Below are positions 29,773 to 39,840 of a DNA stretch of 64,000 nt, one piece after another. Within the stretch, counting starts at the first letter, position 1. Each line of letters starts with the position of its first letter. The notes beneath the pieces were generated by a model, which made no database searches, was not told the origin of the DNA, and saw nothing but the letters and a program-made list of their open reading frames with translations. Source of the DNA: Bacteroidales bacterium (GTDB lineage Bacteria; Bacteroidota; Bacteroidia; Bacteroidales; UBA7960). The DNA lies in the NCBI GenBank assembly GCA_046291875.1, contig JBKBSF010000026.1:3020-67019 (forward strand), given 5' to 3'. Both the position numbers and the translations under genes were made by a program.

Positions 29773-30960
29773 ATGAGCAAGGCTTTTGTGTGTCCATATT
29801 GTTTCAGCCGGCAGGACTTGTACCAGATACAGTTTCGCTGCCAGAACGACCCTACCCGGTGCGCTCCTGCCGACGATGAGCCTTATGCACGTTTCATAGG
29901 CCTTACCAACCGTTCGCTCAAAATGAACCGGGTGTTCGATTACCAGGGGAGCAAAAGAAGAGTGCCCCGCAGAGCTCCCTGCGATCATTGCGGCGAGTAC
30001 TCATCCCGAAGGGTGTGTCCTGCCTGCCACAACGAACTTCCTTACACCATTGGCGATTTTCAAGACCTGATCATTTCTGTGATTGGAGCCAAAGAATCGG
30101 GGAAGAGCCATTACATCTCCGTTCTTATCCATATGATTGAAAACAAGGTGGGAAGAGCCTTTAACTGCAACCTGCAAAAACTCGACGATAACACCATCCG
30201 TAAGTACCGCGAAGAGTTCTATAACCCGGTATTCCGCAATCATACCGTTATCCCGGAAACACGCAGTGCCAGGGGCGATTACAACGTAAAAATGCCCATG
30301 GTATTTTCCTTGTCTTTCATGAGGAAAAACCTGCTGGGCCGAGCCCGGATCCACAAGCTGTCTACCATCAGCTTCTTCGATACAGCGGGCGAAGACCTCA
30401 ACTCTGAAGACACCATGCGAAATGAAAACAAGTACATTTTCAATTCCAGTGGAATCATCCTGCTCATTGACCCCCTGCAATTGCCCAATGTTCGTAATCA
30501 GCTTAGCAGTCATGGTGTAGCATTACCATATATGAATACCGAAACCGAAGATATTATAGCCAGGGTGGCCAAACTGATCCGCAACGGATTGCAGATACCC
30601 GCCAACAAGCTCATAGAAATACCACTGGCGGTTGCCTTTTCAAAAATAGATGCCATTGCTCCTCTTCTGGACTCGCATTCGGCACTTTTCACCCCCCCTG
30701 GGCACGAGGGTTTCTATAATGTCTCAGACGGGCGTGCCATACATGCCGAAATTGAGAATATGCTTGCACAGTGGGCAGGAGAAGACCTTCTGCTCAAAGT
30801 TGAACAAAACTTCAGACACCATGCTTTTTTTGGGCTTTCGGCATTGGGTTGCAATCCTCACGGAAGCACCCGGATCGAAAAGCTGAGGCCACACCGGGTG
30901 TCAGACCCTTTTCTGTGGTTGTTATACAGAAACAAGGTTATCAAAGGCAAAAAGAATTAA
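29773..30960 (+). CDS. Zinc-ribbon + TRAFAC-class GTPase (double-GTPase system type)
   Basis: CPYC, CDHC and CPAC ribbons; G1 GAKESGKS, G3 DTAGE, G4 SKID, G5 SALG. Confidence 0.8.
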   Translation: MSKAFVCPYCFSRQDLYQIQFRCQNDPTRCAPADDEPYARFIGLTNRSLKMNRVFDYQGSKRRVPRRAPCDHCGEYSSRRVCPACHNELPYTIGDFQDLIISVIGAKESGKSHYISVLIHMIENKVGRAFNCNLQKLDDNTIRKYREEFYNPVFRNHTVIPETRSARGDYNVKMPMVFSLSFMRKNLLGRARIHKLSTISFFDTAGEDLNSEDTMRNENKYIFNSSGIILLIDPLQLPNVRNQLSSHGVALPYMNTETEDIIARVAKLIRNGLQIPANKLIEIPLAVAFSKIDAIAPLLDSHSALFTPPGHEGFYNVSDGRAIHAEIENMLAQWAGEDLLLKVEQNFRHHAFFGLSALGCNPHGSTRIEKLRPHRVSDPFLWLLYRNKVIKGKKN

Positions 30961-30992
30961 ACCAATACCAACCCAGACAAATACCCGCGATT

Positions 30993-33900
30993 ATGCCAAA
31001 GCTAAGATTTACACTGATACTTTTGATTGCTGCTTTTCAAGGGCTTACAGCAACGGCTTCGGAGCCGGATGCTCATACCCTTTACAAACATGCCGAAACC
31101 TGGTATTGGCTTGGGATCATGGACAAGGGAGATCCGGCAGCGTTCACGGTATCGCTGCAATACCTCGGGAAAGCCAGTGAGGCTGCTGCATGGCTCGATC
31201 CAAAGGAGCAGCATGCCTTGCACAACAAGATCGAGATGCTCCAACTGGACCTGCAGGAACAGATACCCATTGCCAGCGACAATTTCATAGGCACCTTCCC
31301 CCTGGCCAGGTTCATGGGGCATGCTCCTTTTGCCGATGTGAAAGCATGGGGGAGCTATGAGATTTTTGAAGACCCCGCAGAAGTAGCCACTGAGCGTGCA
31401 GCAGAAAAACTTGTTACTCTTTTTGACGATCGCTTTTTTGGAGAACTACAGATACCCCTGGTGGTAGTATCAGAAAACCAGGCTTTTCCTGAGCTGGAGA
31501 GCAAAGCAAGGGTAACACTGAAGAATGCCTCGAGAATAAAAATCTATCAAATCCCCTACCTGATGAGGTTTCTGGATGAGGCAGAAATTGCCTCTTTACA
31601 GCAGAAAAACCCACCGGTCGAACTCCTGCAAAGGCTTTGCAATTATCTGAATGTGGAAAGAATAGCCATTTTCACCATCCGGCAAATGGATCAGGTGGAC
31701 AATATCCATTATTATCAGTTTCGAACCCTCCTTTTCTCAGGCAGCAACCCCAACCCAACCGAAAGCATTATCCTGGAACAAATCATCCGCGACAACAGGA
31801 TTACTCTCTGGCATTATGCCGGGGTATTTGCCTTGCTATTCTTGCTTTCCATTGCTTTTTATACACGGCATACCTATACCCACACAGCGAGCTATCCCGC
31901 GTTATTGCAGATTGTTACCGAACCGGTAATGGCATTTTTTACAGGATTTCTCACCTCCCTTATTGCCTTGAATTTGCTTGCCGCAACCATGCCCGACTAC
32001 CAGGACTATTTCGGTTATACTTTCTGGTGGATCCCGGCCATATTCCTTTTGTTGCTGTTCGTCCCACTTTTTATCATCCGTAATTTCATCCTTCGTTTTT
32101 CCTTTTACCAGGGTTATGGAGACACTTCGCACAAGCTGGGAGCCCTCTTTACCGCTGCTGCCCTGGGCATCAGCGCCTACCTGAGCCTGGGCATGATGTT
32201 GTACCATGCATCTGAGGCCTGGAGTTATGTTTCGGCAGGTGCATTGAGTTTGAGCATCATTGCCTATATCAACGGGAAAACCCTCAGCAGCATAAAACCT
32301 TTGCCTTTTCGTTTTGCCGTGCTGAGTGTGTTATTGCTTCCCATAACAGGCCTTGTACTGGCGGCTTCAGAGCCTTTGTATCTTACATTACCCCTGATGG
32401 CACTGGCTGTACTTTGGGTTGCAGGAAAAGCCAGGATCAGAAGGCGCCAGCAAAAACAAATCAGCCACGACAAGCCACAGGAGATTGATGCAGTGCAATT
32501 GCAATGGATCTCAGAAGACCCACCCTACAAAGTGCCAGCACAGTTTGTTGCTGTTTACAAAAATGCAGAACCCTTTTTGAAGGGGGAAACTGTAGTATTG
32601 CATCTGAGCGCTGATGGGGGGACAGGAAAAACCGCCACAGCAAACCACCTGATATGCCAGTTGCACAAAGAGAAATTTCCGGCCAACAAGCCATTGATGG
32701 TTCTGGAAGCCCAGTGCAGCGAGAGCTACAATACACCCTATCAGCCCTTGCAGGATGCATTGTACGACATTATGAATCTGGGCGATACCTCCGAAAGCCA
32801 GGATCATATTCAGGAGATCGACAATCTGCTTGACAATGTTTTCTGGAATTATGTGCCCTTTGCAGGGATGGTTGCCCCCGAACCCCGCGAGAGGCATACC
32901 AGCTTCGGCAGTCAAACCGAGCTCTTTTACAACTTCTTCAATACGCTTCGGAAATTATCGCAGCAAAACGCCCTGGTACTGTTTATCGACGACCTGCACT
33001 GGGCCGATGCTGCTACCCTTGAGTTGCTGAGCTTTCTGCAAAACAAATGCAGCAACACCCCCGATTGCCACATCCTGTTTCTTTACACGGCACGCAAAAG
33101 TGAAAACATGCAGGAGTTTTCGCAAAGCTCCATTGCCCTTGCACCCCTTAGTTTTAAGGAAAGGATGGAGTTGCTTTGCCAACAACTGGGCTTTGAAGAA
33201 CATTCTGCACAAACTATCCTGCAATACATTCACGATCAAAAGCAACGTGCCGGAGATCTTTTCTGGCTCTACAAGATCATTGAATTGCTTGCCCGGCAAG
33301 AACTTATCAAAAGCAGCTCAAAAGGCTTCGTTCTGGATAAGGAGATTCTCAATTCAGGCAGATTGCCGGTTCCTGAAGAATACCGTCTGGCAGTGAGAGA
33401 AGAGCTTACCAAACTTAAGGAAAGGGAAAAATTCATTGCCATGGCAGCTTGTCTGGGCATGGAGTTCGAAGTGAGCGTATTATCTGAAGCCCTGGGTATC
33501 GATAAGTTAATGTGCCTTGAAACCCTTCGACAGCTTGAGAAGGATACAAGCTTTATCTGCGATATTGTTGAAAAGGATGATGTTTATGGCTTCACCTCTT
33601 CCTTTACCCTTGAAACCATAAGGCAGGAGCTCAGTTTGTCGCAGGAAGGCCCCAAAGGAAAGGTGATGCAGATTGTAAGAGAATACCATGCGCGTATTGC
33701 CAGGGTACTGGAGAAAGATCCGACCGGTGGCAATGTAATGCGCATTGCTCATCACTACTATGCCGCCGGAAAGATCTATTCACACGATGCCTTGCGCTTT
33801 CTGCTTCCTGCTGCCGACCATTGCGCAGAGATCTACCGTTTCGGTGAAGCCCGTGAGTTTCTCAGAAAAGCTTCGGAGGCCGCCAGCTTTTGCAGCACCT

Positions 33901-34850
33901 CTCCCAACTGGAAGCTGGATGCCCTGCTGATAGAGTGTAAAATATCGTGGCTCGAAGGCACTCAGGCACAACCCCTTGCTGAACGCTGTGCGGCCTGGCT
34001 CGAAAAACATCCCAATACTACACCCAAAGTAAGGATTGTGTTTGCACGCACCCATTATTATGCGCGACAATTTAAGCAGGCAGTGCAGATCTGCAAGGAT
34101 ATCCTTGCTTTATCGCCTGAGCCTCGTGAGCTGGCCAAAACGCATCATCTTCTGGGAATCAGCCTGGAGAAAGAACAATTTGATGAACGTATTAACCACT
34201 TGAAAAAAGCCGAAGAAATTGCCGTTGGCCTGGATGCCGGTGATCCGTCCATTGCACGAATGCTGGGCGCCATTTACAACTCTTTGGGAGAGATTTTTTC
34301 GGCCAAAGCAGAAGATGAAAAACAATACCGTAAAAAGGCTTACGATTGCTACCAGCAAAGCATCCGCATAAAAGAGAAAAGCCTGGTAAATGACACCCCC
34401 GGATTGGCCCGATCTTACGGAGGGCTGGGGCGTCTGGAATTATTTGTGAAACCTGTGAATGCCCAGGCTGCACTGGAATGGTTTGAAAAAGACCTGGTGT
34501 TATCGGAAAAGATTGGCGATCTTAAAGGGCAAACCCAGATGCACTCGCTGATGGGTTCGTGCTACCTTAAGCTTAATGAGCCGACCCTTGCCCTGGAGCA
34601 GTTCAGAACATCTTTGTCTCTTACCAGCGATCTTTCTGATCAGGCCTTTGCCCTGAAGGGATTACTGGAGATCTACGATTTACAGCCACAGGCCGACTGG
34701 GGACCACAGGTTCTCAATGACCTTTGCTCAATACTGCAAAATCCGGAATTCAAGCCCGACCGCTATCTGATCAACAATTTACAAACCTGGCTGGAGGAAT
34801 GTAAAAACCCGCAACTCTTTGCACCCTTGCAGCCCCTGATCAAAACCTGA
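30993..34850 (+). CDS. Membrane-spanning STAND NTPase: signal peptide, extracytoplasmic domain, ~7 TM helices, STAND (AAA_16-like) NTPase, TPR repeats
   Basis: MPKLRFTLILLIAAFQGLTATA signal; hydrophobic block ~31800-32430; Walker A ADGGTGKT; PYQPL; Walker B LFIDDLHWADAATLELL; AACLGMEF; IAHHY; TPRs (YNSLGEIF, ARSYGGLG). Confidence 0.75.
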   Translation: MPKLRFTLILLIAAFQGLTATASEPDAHTLYKHAETWYWLGIMDKGDPAAFTVSLQYLGKASEAAAWLDPKEQHALHNKIEMLQLDLQEQIPIASDNFIGTFPLARFMGHAPFADVKAWGSYEIFEDPAEVATERAAEKLVTLFDDRFFGELQIPLVVVSENQAFPELESKARVTLKNASRIKIYQIPYLMRFLDEAEIASLQQKNPPVELLQRLCNYLNVERIAIFTIRQMDQVDNIHYYQFRTLLFSGSNPNPTESIILEQIIRDNRITLWHYAGVFALLFLLSIAFYTRHTYTHTASYPALLQIVTEPVMAFFTGFLTSLIALNLLAATMPDYQDYFGYTFWWIPAIFLLLLFVPLFIIRNFILRFSFYQGYGDTSHKLGALFTAAALGISAYLSLGMMLYHASEAWSYVSAGALSLSIIAYINGKTLSSIKPLPFRFAVLSVLLLPITGLVLAASEPLYLTLPLMALAVLWVAGKARIRRRQQKQISHDKPQEIDAVQLQWISEDPPYKVPAQFVAVYKNAEPFLKGETVVLHLSADGGTGKTATANHLICQLHKEKFPANKPLMVLEAQCSESYNTPYQPLQDALYDIMNLGDTSESQDHIQEIDNLLDNVFWNYVPFAGMVAPEPRERHTSFGSQTELFYNFFNTLRKLSQQNALVLFIDDLHWADAATLELLSFLQNKCSNTPDCHILFLYTARKSENMQEFSQSSIALAPLSFKERMELLCQQLGFEEHSAQTILQYIHDQKQRAGDLFWLYKIIELLARQELIKSSSKGFVLDKEILNSGRLPVPEEYRLAVREELTKLKEREKFIAMAACLGMEFEVSVLSEALGIDKLMCLETLRQLEKDTSFICDIVEKDDVYGFTSSFTLETIRQELSLSQEGPKGKVMQIVREYHARIARVLEKDPTGGNVMRIAHHYYAAGKIYSHDALRFLLPAADHCAEIYRFGEAREFLRKASEAASFCSTSPNWKLDALLIECKISWLEGTQAQPLAERCAAWLEKHPNTTPKVRIVFARTHYYARQFKQAVQICKDILALSPEPRELAKTHHLLGISLEKEQFDERINHLKKAEEIAVGLDAGDPSIARMLGAIYNSLGEIFSAKAEDEKQYRKKAYDCYQQSIRIKEKSLVNDTPGLARSYGGLGRLELFVKPVNAQAALEWFEKDLVLSEKIGDLKGQTQMHSLMGSCYLKLNEPTLALEQFRTSLSLTSDLSDQAFALKGLLEIYDLQPQADWGPQVLNDLCSILQNPEFKPDRYLINNLQTWLEECKNPQLFAPLQPLIKT

Positions 34851-34854
34851 CACC

Positions 34855-37800
34855 ATGGAAGATGTGAAAAACTGGCTTGCAGAAGCCCAGATGGATGAAT
34901 ATTTCCCGCTTTTTGAGCAGAACCAGATCACCTTTGCCGATCTGAAAGAAATCAATAATGAGGATCTCAAGGACATCGGAATTGTCTCGCTGCCGCACCG
35001 CAAAAAAATCATGGCTGCCATTGCCCGGCTATCGGAAGAAAAAACAGGCCTTCAACCCCTGCACAACTTTCAGCATCTGCCCTATCCGGCTGCCATCCGG
35101 TTTATGCGACTTAATGAGGCTATACTTTCGGAAGCATCGGGTTGGGATATGGTTTCTTTTTACAAAGATTCGGTAGAAGCTCTTATCAAGACCTTTTGTG
35201 TTTACGGCATTGGGCAATACCTCGCATCGGGTGAAAGATGCCCTGAAACCGACACTGCATTGCTGAAAATGCTGGCCAGACCTTCAACAGGGGTTTGGGT
35301 GAATATCCTGAAAAAACTACTGGTGGTCGACAGGGATTTGCCCGAACCGATGTCCAGGCTGTATACGATGTTTTTTGAAAACAAAAAGGGGAAGGATTGC
35401 CAGGGGGCGTTTATGGGTTACCTGCAGGATTTTGTTCAGTTTCGCAATGAGATGCATCACGCCGCCCGAATGCCCGACAATGAGTATATCACTCAGTTGA
35501 AAATACAATTGCCGGTATTGCAATCCATGCTGGACGGAAGCATATTCCTGGCCCGTTTCCCCATAGTAAGGGGGCTTGAAGAGGGGCTTGCCCTTACCCT
35601 TTCGGGCATAAAACCTGAACCCGTAGAATGGGATTTCCCTGCCCACCTGCAGCAAAAACTCTTTTTCACCAACAGCAAAGGAGAGCACATTGAGGTAGAG
35701 CCATTTTTTATTTACCTGAAACTGGAGCAAGGCAAAGATGAAACGCTGTTTCTGTATGACAGCCAGAAGAGTTACGGTGTAAAACGTGAATCAAAGCTAC
35801 TCTACATGATCGATTACGATCGGGGCCAACGCATTGCCCGCTATGAGCCCGCGCAGATACTGGAGAGTAAATTTGGCGAACAATTGCTGCAGGAGGTGTT
35901 CAATGCTTTCAAGGCAACCATTTTGAGTATGGGTGCCCATGTGAAAAACTTTTCGGCCATCCTCGACCGGCATAGTATGATCACTGGCAGGGCCTACATC
36001 AGAAAACACATGGAAGCATTTATGGAGGGCCACCCCTGTGGCTATTTCCTGCTTACCGGTGAACCCGGCATTGGCAAAACCGCCATCATGGCCAATCTTA
36101 TCAATCCGGCCGAAAAGCAGGCGCATTACTTCTTCAAGGCAGGGTCTAACTACGATAACCCCGATGATTGCATCAATGCAGTGTTTCATTTCCTGGCGCA
36201 CAAGTACAACATTGAAGCAAGCCAGCAGCAGGTATCGCCTGCTGAACGTCGGTTACAACTGGAAGATCTGCTGACCCAGATCTCATCCCTGTTGCTCCCG
36301 GGCCAACGCGAAACCATAGTGCTGGATGCACTTGATGAGGCCTCAAAAGCACAGGATGGAAAAACCATCGGGGAGATACTGCCGCCCATGCTTCCCAAGG
36401 GTATCTACCTGCTGGTATCCGCCAGGCCAAACACTGCCGCCGCTGATCATCTCAAATCACTGGAAAATTGCCAGGAGTACGTGCTGGATCCGGATTCTGA
36501 TGACAACCGCCGCGATGCCATGGAGTTTGCCCGCAACCTGCTGGGCAACGATGCTACCGATGATCAGGTAAGCTTTATTGCTCAGAAAGCCCATTGGAAC
36601 TTCCTGCTCATTAAACTGGTATGCGAAGCCATTGTAAGAGAAGGCACTCCTCTTGACCAGGTGGATGATTACTTCAAGGCGGGCAAAGATCTTCATGACT
36701 GGTACCAGGGGTCTTACCTGCGCATAGAGCAAAAATTTGCCGATGAACCCGACAAACTGGAGAAGATTAGTTCTATACTGGGTGCCGTGGCGGCAGCCGG
36801 CAACCCGGTAAGCAAAAACCAGCTTTGCGAGCTGCTTGCCATGCCACAGGCCTGGTTCGACTGGGCGCTAAGGTTTACAGGACAGTTTTTTGATATCATC
36901 CAGATCAGCGAAAAGGGAATAAACCAACCCGGCATGAGCATTGAAACATTCTACCGGTTTTTCCACACAAGCTTCAACCATTTTGTAAGCCAGAGACTTT
37001 TTTCGGACCTGAAACACTTCCATGCACTTTGGGCTGCATATTACTCCGACTGGGAGGAAAAAAGCGGGTTTGAACGTGATTATGCACTGCAATCTCTGCC
37101 AAGGCATTTGCACCTTTCAGGCCAGACCTCAGCATTACTGGCGCTCATCAGCCATCCGTCCTATCTCATAGAGCTGGCTGCACATTCCCGCCATTACGAT
37201 CTGGCACCTTACTGGAAAGCTTTCAGCAAAGAAGAGCTCGACAACCATTTCAATGAGAGTTTCCGGGAAGCTCCCCTGGACAATGAGTTTCGTGCGGCTG
37301 CCTTACTGGCTGCCGGCGACCTTCATCAGCATCTGGGCCACTACCCCATTGCAATCCGATGTTTTGAGCAATCCATGGAAACTGCAAAAGAGGCAGCTCT
37401 GCCTGCAGCCCAGGCTGATGCAACTTTTTCACTGGCCTGGTGTCTGCGCCACACCGATCATTTCCAGCAAAGCATCGAGTGGCTCAGCGAGGCCATTGTG
37501 CTTTACACCCGGTTGCAAAACCCGGCAGGTATAGCCCGCTGCTGGTCCATTACGGGTATTAACCAGTGGCAATTGCACCAGGATATGGATGCATTGGAGA
37601 GTTTAACCAAAGCCATTGACCTGCTCACCCAGACCCAGAATATTCGCTCCCTGGCCGAAGCGCACAATCATATGGGCATCATATACCGTGGGCTGGGGCA
37701 ATATAAACAGGCCCTTACCCATCTCCACCAAACCCGTCAGCTGCTCGAAAAAAACAATGACCTGAAAGGTTTGGGGAAAGTTTACAACAGCCTCGGCACC

Positions 37801-38346
37801 GCCACCTGGTGGAGTGGATTGCCAGAACAATCGCTGCACTTTTACAAAAAAGCCAACGAAATCAACCAGAAAACAGGGCAGAGCTATATCATGGGTCTGA
37901 CCTATAACAACCTGGGTTATGTGTACCTTGAGATGGGCATCCCACAGGAATCGGCCCGGGCATTCGAAATCTCGCTTCAGATCCGCAAAGATACAGGAGT
38001 GAAAAGCTTCGAACTGATGGATATGTCAGGACTGGCCCTTGCCTTGCATCATCTGGGCAGATACGATGAAGCATTGACCCTTAGCCGACAGGCATTGGAG
38101 GAGCTGCAAGCTTTTAAAACGGTGGAAGATCTTCCCAGGGCCTGGTACAATCACTACCTCATTGCAAGCCACTTTGCCGAACATAAAACAGAAGCCCTGG
38201 AGAGCCTTGCAAAGGCCAGAGACCTTGTAATGATACGATATGAAAAGATCAGTGGAGATGCCTTGCGCGATGATTATCTGCAAAAGATCAGTCTCAATCG
38301 CAACATTATGCAGCAAGCTGAAAAAGTAAGATCCGAAAATCTTTAA
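34855..38346 (+). CDS. SAM domain + HEPN-like region + NACHT/STAND NTPase + TPR repeats (NLR-like protein)
   Basis: SAM (VKNWL...YFPLFEQNQI...LKDIGIVSLPHRKKIMAAI); FRNEMHH Rx4H motif; Walker A GEPGIGKT; Walker B IVLDALDE; FFHTSF; TPRs (HNHMGIIYRGLGQY, YNSLG, YNNLGYVY). Confidence 0.8.
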   Translation: MEDVKNWLAEAQMDEYFPLFEQNQITFADLKEINNEDLKDIGIVSLPHRKKIMAAIARLSEEKTGLQPLHNFQHLPYPAAIRFMRLNEAILSEASGWDMVSFYKDSVEALIKTFCVYGIGQYLASGERCPETDTALLKMLARPSTGVWVNILKKLLVVDRDLPEPMSRLYTMFFENKKGKDCQGAFMGYLQDFVQFRNEMHHAARMPDNEYITQLKIQLPVLQSMLDGSIFLARFPIVRGLEEGLALTLSGIKPEPVEWDFPAHLQQKLFFTNSKGEHIEVEPFFIYLKLEQGKDETLFLYDSQKSYGVKRESKLLYMIDYDRGQRIARYEPAQILESKFGEQLLQEVFNAFKATILSMGAHVKNFSAILDRHSMITGRAYIRKHMEAFMEGHPCGYFLLTGEPGIGKTAIMANLINPAEKQAHYFFKAGSNYDNPDDCINAVFHFLAHKYNIEASQQQVSPAERRLQLEDLLTQISSLLLPGQRETIVLDALDEASKAQDGKTIGEILPPMLPKGIYLLVSARPNTAAADHLKSLENCQEYVLDPDSDDNRRDAMEFARNLLGNDATDDQVSFIAQKAHWNFLLIKLVCEAIVREGTPLDQVDDYFKAGKDLHDWYQGSYLRIEQKFADEPDKLEKISSILGAVAAAGNPVSKNQLCELLAMPQAWFDWALRFTGQFFDIIQISEKGINQPGMSIETFYRFFHTSFNHFVSQRLFSDLKHFHALWAAYYSDWEEKSGFERDYALQSLPRHLHLSGQTSALLALISHPSYLIELAAHSRHYDLAPYWKAFSKEELDNHFNESFREAPLDNEFRAAALLAAGDLHQHLGHYPIAIRCFEQSMETAKEAALPAAQADATFSLAWCLRHTDHFQQSIEWLSEAIVLYTRLQNPAGIARCWSITGINQWQLHQDMDALESLTKAIDLLTQTQNIRSLAEAHNHMGIIYRGLGQYKQALTHLHQTRQLLEKNNDLKGLGKVYNSLGTATWWSGLPEQSLHFYKKANEINQKTGQSYIMGLTYNNLGYVYLEMGIPQESARAFEISLQIRKDTGVKSFELMDMSGLALALHHLGRYDEALTLSRQALEELQAFKTVEDLPRAWYNHYLIASHFAEHKTEALESLAKARDLVMIRYEKISGDALRDDYLQKISLNRNIMQQAEKVRSENL

Positions 38347-38360
38347 CCAAGGAATCAAAT

Positions 38361-39632
38361 ATGCGTTTTCTGCAAACCCTATACACCTCATGCAGGCATG
38401 GACAGAGCACTGGCTCTGGGTTTCAGTTTTATGCCTTCAGCGAAGGACTGGAACCCAAAGAGCTTGATGAAATTGAAAAGCTCGGCCTGTTGCCTCCAGT
38501 ACTGGATGATGCGCAACCCACCGAGAGCTACTCTGAAATAAACCTGCCCATGGCATTGCGCTATTTCAGGCTGAGCAGTGGCAGAGTTGGTTTGCTGAAG
38601 AGCACTGCATTATCCTCTGATTACAGCGGGCGGCCCGGAAATTTTCTCGCCCATGCCGTGGTAGCACAGGAAGGAGAACTGCCTTTTGCTCCTGCACTTA
38701 TGGTGCAATCTGCCGCACTGCTTAGCAATATGAGCCCGGCCCAATGGGCAGTTGACGAAACCCCGCCCCCTTTGCCACCGCTTGAGCTGAGCCAGTTACA
38801 AACCCCTGATGAATTGCCCATTGAACAGATTCAACAATTCTTGAAAGAGGACGAAAATGAAGACCGTTTCCAGTTCCTACTTTCTGCCCTTGTGAATTTT
38901 CCTGAGAGTGAACGCCCAGTGGTGCTGGGATGCAACCACCAGGAAGCTCTGAACTGGCTGCAAGTGATCTCTGCATCGCTTCCCCTTGATGTTTTGCGCC
39001 AGATAACCTTCTCTACTTTTTCGTCGCAACCGGGTTCAGCACGCTTGAGTGCCATACCACCCAAGGCAAGCCGTTTTGACTTTGCTGACCCAATGGCCAG
39101 CAGATTTCAGTATTATGTTCTGAATACAATAACAAACCACCGCAGCGAAATAATCCCATCAAACTACGCAGGTAAGGCCTTGCAGCTGATCCGGAAAGAA
39201 CCGGCCCTATTGCCTGCCCTCATGAATAGTGTTTACTTGCCCGATGCCGATGCATGGTGTCGAAACTCTGATATACTTGTACAGTTCTTTCAGGTGCAGG
39301 AGACCCATACTGCCGATGCGCCAACCCGGGCCATGTTGTTGCAATGGCTCAATGAAAACCTTGACGCAGAGGGAGTGGCAAAAACCCTGGCATTGAGTAT
39401 CCCTGCTAGGGAAACAGCAGTTTCAACCCCGGAAGAAACTGAAGATACTATCAGCCCCACAACAGGCGAAGAAGTAAAACCGCACACAGAGCAACCGGAG
39501 CACGGAAAAGATCTATCCCCGGAGGCATCTACAGGCAAGGATGGAGAGCATCCCCCGGAAAAAACGGCGAAAACCTCCACCTGGGCATTGCTTAAGAAAC
39601 TCTTTTATTCACCTCCAAACGACCCGTCATGA
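38361..39632 (+). CDS. GTPase-associated protein 1 (GAP1-N2 type) with acidic disordered tail
   Basis: N-terminus QTLYTSCRHGQSTGSGFQFYAFS and DYSGRPGNFLAHA, as recalled for GAP1-N2 domains; ITFSTF in the middle domain; located between two GTPase genes. Confidence 0.7.
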   Translation: MRFLQTLYTSCRHGQSTGSGFQFYAFSEGLEPKELDEIEKLGLLPPVLDDAQPTESYSEINLPMALRYFRLSSGRVGLLKSTALSSDYSGRPGNFLAHAVVAQEGELPFAPALMVQSAALLSNMSPAQWAVDETPPPLPPLELSQLQTPDELPIEQIQQFLKEDENEDRFQFLLSALVNFPESERPVVLGCNHQEALNWLQVISASLPLDVLRQITFSTFSSQPGSARLSAIPPKASRFDFADPMASRFQYYVLNTITNHRSEIIPSNYAGKALQLIRKEPALLPALMNSVYLPDADAWCRNSDILVQFFQVQETHTADAPTRAMLLQWLNENLDAEGVAKTLALSIPARETAVSTPEETEDTISPTTGEEVKPHTEQPEHGKDLSPEASTGKDGEHPPEKTAKTSTWALLKKLFYSPPNDPS

Positions 39633-39811
39633 CAGGATGCTTAATTGAACTCATTTTTTATCTGATCCTGACTTATCTGTACCTGGTTAGCCTGGCTATC
39701 TTCGGAGTATTCTTCGTTAGTTTTGGAGTGGTGCTTGGATTTGGTATGGCCATCAGAAATTATGTAAAAGCTTTCCGGCAGTGCGTAAGAACAGAAAAAC
39801 CTATCCGCTGA
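39629..39811 (+). CDS. Small membrane protein (60 aa)
   Basis: ATGA overlap with the upstream gene; ~40 hydrophobic residues followed by a basic tail. Confidence 0.6.
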   Translation: MTGCLIELIFYLILTYLYLVSLAIFGVFFVSFGVVLGFGMAIRNYVKAFRQCVRTEKPIR

Positions 39812-39840
39812 CCTGTACATTTAACTAATCCAACCAAAAC

